Part shown: one piece after another, positions 26,105 to 32,000 of the stretch
Layout of the letters: each line of letters opens with the position of its first letter
Numbering within the stretch: position 1 is the first letter of the stretch
Source: Candidatus Methanoperedens sp.
GTDB taxonomy: Archaea > Halobacteriota > Methanosarcinia > Methanosarcinales > Methanoperedenaceae
Reading direction: 5' to 3'
NCBI GenBank assembly: GCA_041494705.1
Contig: JBGQBI010000002.1
Span: 240,001 to 272,000, forward strand
Length of the DNA stretch: 32,000 bases
The notes under the pieces: generated by a model
What the model was told of the DNA's origin: nothing
The model's database searches: none
The model's input: the letters and a program-made list of their open reading frames with translations, nothing else
Position numbers and translations under genes: made by a program

Positions 26105-26557
26105 ATGATAGCTGATTATGTTTATCCGGCAATTATAGGAATAATTGCAGCTTTAGCGACGAATATTATTTTTTTTGAGCATCGATTTTATAAAGAAAAA
26201 CAGTCGAATTTCTTAAAAATACAAATAGATGAGTTACTACTTCCATTATATATCAAAATGAAACAATTTGAAGGCAAAATGGAATTCAATAGAGACTTAG
26301 ATGTTTCGTGGGAAATGATAATAGAAGATGACGCAGATATTAAGAAAATAGCCATTGAAAAGTTAAATTTTGCAAATAAAAAATTATCCAAACTTCTATT
26401 AGATTTTATTAATTATCGATATCTGAATGATGGTATAAGGAATGTAGAATCCGATATTGTTGTTGAAAATTTTTTAGAACTTAAACAAGAAGTTTTTAAT
26501 GAATATGAACAGAAAGTTGAAGAATATCAAAACATGAAGCCGTGGTGGCATTTCTAG
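26105..26557 (+). CDS. Hypothetical protein (150 aa): N-terminal TM anchor plus helical acidic domain, AT-rich
   Basis: YPAIIGIIAALATNIIFF is the TM segment. The rest is K/E-rich and helical. No family recognised. Confidence 0.45.
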   Translation: MIADYVYPAIIGIIAALATNIIFFEHRFYKEKQSNFLKIQIDELLLPLYIKMKQFEGKMEFNRDLDVSWEMIIEDDADIKKIAIEKLNFANKKLSKLLLDFINYRYLNDGIRNVESDIVVENFLELKQEVFNEYEQKVEEYQNMKPWWHF

Positions 26558-26637
26558 AAAAAAGGATTAGGATAGGCGCGCCTACTGAGAATTTTACAAT
26601 CCTCACTTTGTGATGATGCGAAAGTATCGTGCGTTAC

Positions 26638-26644
26638 TTTTTTT
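26638..26644 (+). terminator. Oligo-T tract (T7) between convergent genes
   Basis: TTACTTTTTTTGGG. Archaeal terminators are oligo-T tracts. Assignment to the upstream 150-aa gene is inferred. Confidence 0.3.
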
Positions 26645-26737
26645 GGGTCGTCCGATTTCAGTATGAGTTCGTACCAGTTCGTACGAGTTAGTTGTTGATT
26701 TTTTCTTACGGAGCGCAGGCAAATTTGGAAAATAATC

Positions 26738-28507
26738 TCAATACCGTGGCTGGTAAAACAGAACGACCCTGTACTCTCCCGGCGGCCTGTCCATCTTCCT
26801 GTAAAGCAGGTAATCCAGCGTAATATCCGAAGGCGCAAACCAGTACCATGACATCTTTGCGCTGTCAAGCCGCTCATAATCCGAACGCAAGCGCTGCTTT
26901 ACGATATCGGGTTCATGTTTATCATCAGAATCGTGCACCACAATCAAAGGCGCCGTAAGTTCAGAATCAATGCTCACCCTCCACTTGACATTACCGTAAT
27001 GGCGCAAATACCAGAGGAACTGAGTTTCCATTTCATTATCAGTAACCTGGACTTCGGTGGACTGGTTCCGGTATTGCCTGGAAATCTCACTTATTTTATC
27101 AAGGAAAAGTGAGAATTTCTGCGGGGGCTGCGACGCCTGTATCAGCGGTTCGGCAGGATTTGTGTAATCATAGAAGCTTAAGAAAATGCTTGAATAGGCA
27201 AAATACGATGAACTGAGCACAAGGAAAATAATAGTAGCTGCCCCGGTTGCGGATTTAAGATTCAACCGCGGCAGGAGTTCTCCGAGATACACAGCGGCGA
27301 TTATCACAAGTGGTAACAGGAAATTCAACACCAGCCATGGGACTTTTTCCTGGATATACGAATAAACAAAAAGGTTTGCCAATGCCCAGTATGTTAAAAA
27401 GGCAATAAAAATGTTGCGGGATTTAAGGACACAGGCAATCCCATAAATCAAGAGCGGAAAAAGGATAACAATAGACGATGGGATATACGAAGTCGGGAAA
27501 AACCTGCCCGATTGGGGATATATGCCTGAGATATAATACATTAAATCAACAATAACCCAGTAAGCCAGGAAAACAGTCAGCATTTTCTCCTTTTTTTTAT
27601 CGAAGCCGCTATAATACACCATCCCGAGTATTCCAAAGACCAGGACTGGAAGTTCATACAGGGCGATTATCGGCAAATAGAAAAAGTAAGGTCCTCCGAT
27701 GCGCTCTATACGGTGCATCTCATACCAGTGAGTTACAGCCTTTTCAAACGCTGCATACATTCCGTTTAATTCAAGAGGCTTCCCCGTGTAATAAAGCGAA
27801 AAGGCAATAAGAAAAACAAAGATGAAAAATATCGATTCAAGAACAATAGTCAGCAATTTTTTATCAAAACTTTTAATTTTTGCAATCAAACCCTGATAAC
27901 CTTTTTCCCTTATGAAAAGCAGGAACAGGAAAAAAACTATTAATGCCATTGCAATATATGCATTTTCTTTAAGAGCAGCCATTGATGCCAGTGATATTGC
28001 AGCCAAAAAGAGGTAAAAAATCCGTAAAATCGAATATTTTTCTTCAAAATACTTCTCCGCATACTTGACAGCGCATACAAGCATTAACAGTGAAAAAAAA
28101 GCAATGAAAATATCTTCCCTGTAAAAACGTGAATAATAAAGAAACGAAGGCGAGAGCGCAAGAAAGAAAGCCGATAGAATCACTCCCATGTTTCCGATAT
28201 ACTTTCTTAACGGGATTAAAAGGAAAATCATGGCGGTTCCGAAAAGTGCAGGAAGAAGACGCGATGAATATATGTTATCCCCCATGCGCCTGAACACCTC
28301 GGCCGTTACATAGTACATAAAAGGACCATGGAACGAAGGGTCGTATGAATAAATGCCGTCATTGAACAGTTTATACGTAAAATAACCCACTGCGGCTTCA
28401 TCGTGATGGAATACCCTTTCGTCGAGATGGTAGAGCCTAAGGATTAAGGCAGTAATAACTATGAGAATAAAACCAAGATATAAAGCAAAGTTTTTTTTAT
28501 TCATCAC
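26738..28507 (-). CDS. GT-C fold glycosyltransferase-like polytopic membrane protein (PMT/ArnT family 39-like, archaeal TIGR03663-type)
   Basis: At least 10 hydrophobic helices. The first loop, RLYHLDERVFHHDEA, resembles the acidic first-loop motif of GT39/GT83 enzymes. A soluble C-terminal domain follows. Confidence 0.6.
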   Translation of the reverse strand: MMNKKNFALYLGFILIVITALILRLYHLDERVFHHDEAAVGYFTYKLFNDGIYSYDPSFHGPFMYYVTAEVFRRMGDNIYSSRLLPALFGTAMIFLLIPLRKYIGNMGVILSAFFLALSPSFLYYSRFYREDIFIAFFSLLMLVCAVKYAEKYFEEKYSILRIFYLFLAAISLASMAALKENAYIAMALIVFFLFLLFIREKGYQGLIAKIKSFDKKLLTIVLESIFFIFVFLIAFSLYYTGKPLELNGMYAAFEKAVTHWYEMHRIERIGGPYFFYLPIIALYELPVLVFGILGMVYYSGFDKKKEKMLTVFLAYWVIVDLMYYISGIYPQSGRFFPTSYIPSSIVILFPLLIYGIACVLKSRNIFIAFLTYWALANLFVYSYIQEKVPWLVLNFLLPLVIIAAVYLGELLPRLNLKSATGAATIIFLVLSSSYFAYSSIFLSFYDYTNPAEPLIQASQPPQKFSLFLDKISEISRQYRNQSTEVQVTDNEMETQFLWYLRHYGNVKWRVSIDSELTAPLIVVHDSDDKHEPDIVKQRLRSDYERLDSAKMSWYWFAPSDITLDYLLYRKMDRPPGEYRVVLFYQPRY

Positions 28508-28566
28508 TTCATCATAGTTAAAACATATTCATAGCATTTATGGTTTAAAAATAATTAAGAGAAGCC

Positions 28567-28839
28567 ATGCCAAAAATAATAGTAAAGCTCTTTGCCAATT
28601 TCAGGGAATTTACAGGAACTAAGGAGCTTGAAATAGACGGCGTTACAACCGGAGAGATTCTCAGGGTTCTCTGCAAAAAGTTTCCGGGATTTGAAAAAAT
28701 GCTTTTCAAAGGAAAGAATCTGCAGCCTTACGTCAATGTCTTTTTAAACGGAAGGAATGTTCTTGAATCGGGCGGACTCGATGCAGTTGTCAAAGCGGGC
28801 GATGAGATTGCGATTTTCCCTCCAGTGTCGGGTGGATGA
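28567..28839 (+). CDS. MoaD/ThiS-family ubiquitin-like small protein ending in Gly-Gly (SAMP/MoaD-type)
   Basis: 90 aa with the C-terminus ...IAIFPPVSGG. The stop overlaps the moeA start (ATGA). Confidence 0.8.
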   Translation: MPKIIVKLFANFREFTGTKELEIDGVTTGEILRVLCKKFPGFEKMLFKGKNLQPYVNVFLNGRNVLESGGLDAVVKAGDEIAIFPPVSGG

Positions 28840-30017
28840 TGTTCAGGGAAAGAATGAACGCTGATGAGGCAGGAGAACTATTTTTAAAGGCATTTGCTCC
28901 TCTTTCTGATACCGAGAACCTGCCAATTGTGGATTGCGACGGCAGGATTATCGCAGAAAATATCACTGCCGGTATCGATGTGCCTCATTACCGCCGCGCA
29001 GCGATGGATGGTTTTGCGGTCAGGGCAGGCGATACGCTCGGGGCTGGAGGCAATTCCCCGGTTGTTCTCAAACTGGCAACGGCTGTTGAAAAGGGGACAT
29101 GTGCAAGGGTACATACGGGTTCGCCAATACCGGAAGGCGCGGATGCAATTGTGATGCTGGAAGATGCGGTTTTGCGGGGTGAAAGCGTTGAGATATTTAC
29201 CCAGCTCCATCCAGGGAAGAATGTTGGGGAAACCGGGGAGGATATCAGGAAAGGGGAGGTCATTTTAAAAGAAGGGAAAAGGCTCCGTCCATGCGATATA
29301 GCGGTTCTTGCAGCGCTGGGCATCCGGGATATTCCGGTCTTCAGGAAGCCGCTTGTGGCTATAATTCCCACAGGCGAGGAACTCGTTTCCAGGGAAAGCA
29401 CGGCGCTCATGGAAGGAGAAGTCTATGAAACCAACGGTTTGATGGCGGCGCTGTATATAAGGAAATGGGGCGGCACGCCGAGGCTGCTTGATATCGTGGC
29501 AGACGTTCCGGAAAAGATAAAAGATGCGATTTCATCCAATCTTGATGTAGATATGATTATCACAAGCGGCGGGACATCCGTGGGAAAACGCGATTATGTT
29601 CCTGGCGTAGTCGGCTCCATGGGAACGGTACTTGTCCACGGAGTGGGCATATCCCCGGGAAAGCCCACGGCACTTGGCATCATAAACGGCAAACCCGTGG
29701 TGTGCATGCCCGGTTACCCTGTCGCAGGCATCGTGGCGCTTTACTTTTTTGCAAGGGTGGCGCTCCGGAAGCTTGGGCATATACCCGATGAGCAGGACAG
29801 GAAAGTTCGTGCTGTATTGTCCGGGAAAATTCCCGGAAGAACAGGATATAAAACATTCGCCCGCGTCAAATTAGAGAAGGGCAGAGCTTTTCCCCTTGCA
29901 GTTTCGGGCGCGGGGATATTAAGCTCTGTTTCGAAAGCCGACGGGTTTGTGATTATACCTGAGAATGTGGAGGGTTATGACAAAGGCGAAGAGGTTGAAG
30001 TGGTGCTGATTGAATGA
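28836..30017 (+). CDS. moeA: Molybdopterin molybdenumtransferase MoeA
   Basis: YRRAAMDGFAV, VHTGSPIPEGADAIV and IITSGGTSVGKRD are MoeA hallmark motifs. Confidence 0.9.
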   Translation: MMFRERMNADEAGELFLKAFAPLSDTENLPIVDCDGRIIAENITAGIDVPHYRRAAMDGFAVRAGDTLGAGGNSPVVLKLATAVEKGTCARVHTGSPIPEGADAIVMLEDAVLRGESVEIFTQLHPGKNVGETGEDIRKGEVILKEGKRLRPCDIAVLAALGIRDIPVFRKPLVAIIPTGEELVSRESTALMEGEVYETNGLMAALYIRKWGGTPRLLDIVADVPEKIKDAISSNLDVDMIITSGGTSVGKRDYVPGVVGSMGTVLVHGVGISPGKPTALGIINGKPVVCMPGYPVAGIVALYFFARVALRKLGHIPDEQDRKVRAVLSGKIPGRTGYKTFARVKLEKGRAFPLAVSGAGILSSVSKADGFVIIPENVEGYDKGEEVEVVLIE

Positions 30018-30030
30018 TGTTGTTCAGCTT

Positions 30031-30630
30031 TCATTTCATTTCCATTTTCACTCTTTTAATGAATTCTTCAGGATTTTGAGTGGTCAGTATAAGTTTCCTG
30101 AAAAACCCTTTCTTCTTTTCAATCAACACCGCGCTTTTACGCATGCTGATAAAGGCAAGCCTCCTTCCCCGCAGGCGTAGACCCCAACCTGCGTACCAGG
30201 GAATGTCTTCTATCGTTTTCATCTCTTTGATTTCGGAATACGGGATGCTGTATTTTAAAGGAGGCATTACAGCCTCGACGCCAACGTTTGTAATTCTGAA
30301 CTTGATGCTAAAAAAGCTCCACGTAACGAAAGCAGTGATCGATACTACCAGAAGTAAAACGAATTCTGCCTGTTCAGGCGCTTTTCCAAAGACGGATATG
30401 AAGTACAAAATAGCCAGTATGAATAAGCCTGACACCATTACCAGCTTTATCGTAGCGCTGTAAGGCGCTTTTTCCTCATAGATTGTTGTTTTGCTTGCAG
30501 ACATTCCGCCTCGTTTTGTTCCTGACGCAAAGACATATTCCACACCGCTATCAACAACTGTGTTTTTCATGCTCAACATAGGGCACCATCCCATCATTTT
30601 TCTTATCTTTTCTGTTACATTTATCGTCAT
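30031..30630 (-). CDS. DUF1673-like membrane protein (MGWCP motif), 199 aa
   Basis: The N-terminal IRKMMGWCP matches the motif I recall from the Methanosarcina DUF1673 family. It has two central TM helices. The start overlaps the upstream HTH gene stop (ATGA). Confidence 0.45.
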   Translation of the reverse strand: MTINVTEKIRKMMGWCPMLSMKNTVVDSGVEYVFASGTKRGGMSASKTTIYEEKAPYSATIKLVMVSGLFILAILYFISVFGKAPEQAEFVLLLVVSITAFVTWSFFSIKFRITNVGVEAVMPPLKYSIPYSEIKEMKTIEDIPWYAGWGLRLRGRRLAFISMRKSAVLIEKKKGFFRKLILTTQNPEEFIKRVKMEMK

Positions 30631-31073
30631 GCCAAACTCCTCAACTTCCCAAAAAGCTCATCCGCCAGCTTTGTGGGGTCGTTAGTTTTCTCAAGCTTCA
30701 GTTTCATCTCATCAGCGAAATCCCACAGCAATTCAATGCACTGCGTATATCTCACACACGCGCCGCAGTTCCCCTCATGTTCGTACCACACCTGCATCCC
30801 GTGCTTTGCAGATACGAAAATAATGGCACTTGCATTAAACGGCGCCGAGTGACCGAACAGGATACCGCGCTCTGCATTCACTTTCTCTACCTCTATCTGA
30901 TTTGCCCCTGCCATCTCAAGAAGCGTCTTTCCTATACGTTCATCCATTGTGATGAGCGCTCTTGATACTGCCTGCTTGGATATACTGAATGAGCGCGCTA
31001 TATTCATATTAGGAAGACCGCCGCGCCGCAGCCTCCAGAACTCAAACTGCTTGTCATTTAAAGGCAGGAACAT
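30627..31073 (-). CDS. Tfx-like / sigma-70 region-4-type HTH DNA-binding protein with Cys-containing C-terminal domain
   Basis: LNDKQFEFWRLRRGGLPNMNIARSFSISKQAVSRAL is a LuxR/Tfx-type HTH. The C-terminal domain carries CGACVRYTQC. Confidence 0.45.
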   Translation of the reverse strand: MFLPLNDKQFEFWRLRRGGLPNMNIARSFSISKQAVSRALITMDERIGKTLLEMAGANQIEVEKVNAERGILFGHSAPFNASAIIFVSAKHGMQVWYEHEGNCGACVRYTQCIELLWDFADEMKLKLEKTNDPTKLADELFGKLRSLA

Positions 31074-31094
31074 ACGTCAACATATGTATATTGA

Positions 31095-31104
31095 CTATTT
31101 ATAG
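31095..31104 (-). promoter_or_regulatory. TATA box for the HTH/DUF1673 operon (likely leaderless)
   Basis: The minus strand reads CTATAAATAG, centred about 27 nt upstream of the ATG at 31073. Confidence 0.4.
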
Positions 31105-31446
31105 ATTACTACAAATACTCCCATTTTGAATATTCGATATGCAGCGCCGCTGGTTTCACTTTCTTGCAACGTTTCACCTCTCGTATCACACAAAATGTAT
31201 CTATCGTTTCACCCGTAAGAAAACTCAGGCGCAAAAATGTGCTCTGTAAATATGAGGTGATAAAATGAAGAAATCAATACTAATCGGAGTATCTATAGCA
31301 CTGTGTACATGGGAAAAGACATCCAAAGAGTTGTCGCAGGCTGTGTGAAAGGGGATTATAAATGTTGAATGCGCTGGAATTTGAGGAGAAGAAAACTTAA
31401 ACAGTGAGCAGTCATGTAGTAATTTGACTTAAGGTCGTGTATTTCG

Positions 31447-32000
31447 ATGGTCTCAAGGAAAACTGGAACATTGGTACTCGCATGCGCTGTGTTGGTGATA
31501 GCATGCGTTATCGTCACAAGCATGCTGCTTGTTACAAAGCCGTCAATTATCCAGATAAACGATGGGACTTTCAAAATCCTCGAACTTCCTTACACCTATA
31601 CCAAGAACGATGCATACGTTCTGGTTATAGGCTCAACAATTGGCGGCATGATGCTCTCGTATATCCTCACAATGTTATTTGCAACAGGAAAAAGCGAGGT
31701 TAAAGAAATGATTACAATAGAAAAATCGGTAGAAATCCCAGTCTCTGAAGCTGATACAAATACTGCTATGGAGCATATTAATGACAGCACGAAATTAGTC
31801 GATGCAGTCCTAACCGCACTTGAAGGCGATGAGAAAAAGCTGGTTAAAGAAGTTGCTGACCACGGCGGTGAAATGTTACAAAATGAACTTGTGCTTTCTT
31901 TGAATTTCTCAAAAGCAAAAGTCTCAAGGATGGTAATGGACCTTGAAAAGAGGGGGTTGGTAGTGAAAAAGCAGTACGGATTGACCAATAAGGTCGCTCT
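31447..32000 (+). CDS. Membrane-anchored winged-helix (MarR/ArsR-like) regulator, partial (continues past window end)
   Basis: Not in the ORF track. I translated it by hand from ATG 31447: MVSRKTGTLVLACAVLVIACVIVTSMLL...(second TM VLVIGSTIGGMMLSYILTMLF)...EGDEKKLVKEVADHGGEMLQNELVLSLNFSKAKVSRMVMDLEKRGLVVKKQYGLTNKVA. It stays open to the window end. Confidence 0.6.
   Translation, partial: MVSRKTGTLVLACAVLVIACVIVTSMLLVTKPSIIQINDGTFKILELPYTYTKNDAYVLVIGSTIGGMMLSYILTMLFATGKSEVKEMITIEKSVEIPVSEADTNTAMEHINDSTKLVDAVLTALEGDEKKLVKEVADHGGEMLQNELVLSLNFSKAKVSRMVMDLEKRGLVVKKQYGLTNKVA

Overview
This is an archaeal chromosomal segment, most likely from a methanogen or ANME-type member of the Methanosarcinales. 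The markers are an archaeal-type SAM synthetase, O-phosphoseryl-tRNA synthetase (SepRS), a GHMP-type shikimate kinase, an MtxX/methanogen-marker-4-like protein, a DUF1673-like 'MGWCP' protein, SRP19, and TATA-like boxes about 27 nt from start codons. I can support about 40 protein genes and one tRNA-Thr(UGU). Two partial genes run off the window edges and are missing from the ORF track: valS (1-1430, minus strand) and a membrane-anchored wHTH regulator (31447-32000, plus strand). Most of the content is housekeeping: aaRS genes, an aroC-sepS-aroK-chorismate mutase block, proC, asnB-like, tmk, PiT/DUF47 phosphate uptake, MoaD/MoeA, a RecJ-like DHH nuclease, HtrA, and an Ahb/NirJ-type radical SAM enzyme. 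I saw no CRISPR array, rRNA, transposase, integrase or recognisable defence system. I cannot point to a complete novel system with confidence. The features not explained by ordinary annotation are these. (1) A ~70-nt conserved non-coding element occurs twice, each time capping the right edge of a visibly AT-rich islet of minus-strand ORFans. (2) A REP-like family of imperfect palindromes built from CTTTGCG-type heptads sits just 3' of four plus-strand genes, and a CACAGAG-type hairpin of the same design sits beside one copy. (3) Three small polytopic membrane protein genes lie in a row: an HExxH zincin-like protein, a DUF5658-like protein and a BofA-like protein. This resembles a BofA/intramembrane-protease regulatory module. 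(4) A 4-TM protein with an internally duplicated S-x-x-[RK]-x-Q-x-L-x-W-T motif lies next to the tRNA and to gene-remnant-like fragments. (5) Several unusual junctions occur: a macro-domain CDS ends inside the antisense tRNA, tmk and the macro gene overlap as TAATG, sepS is wedged into a shikimate operon, and two convergent genes share a TGATCA stop pair. All functional calls come from motif recognition by eye and no searches were run.
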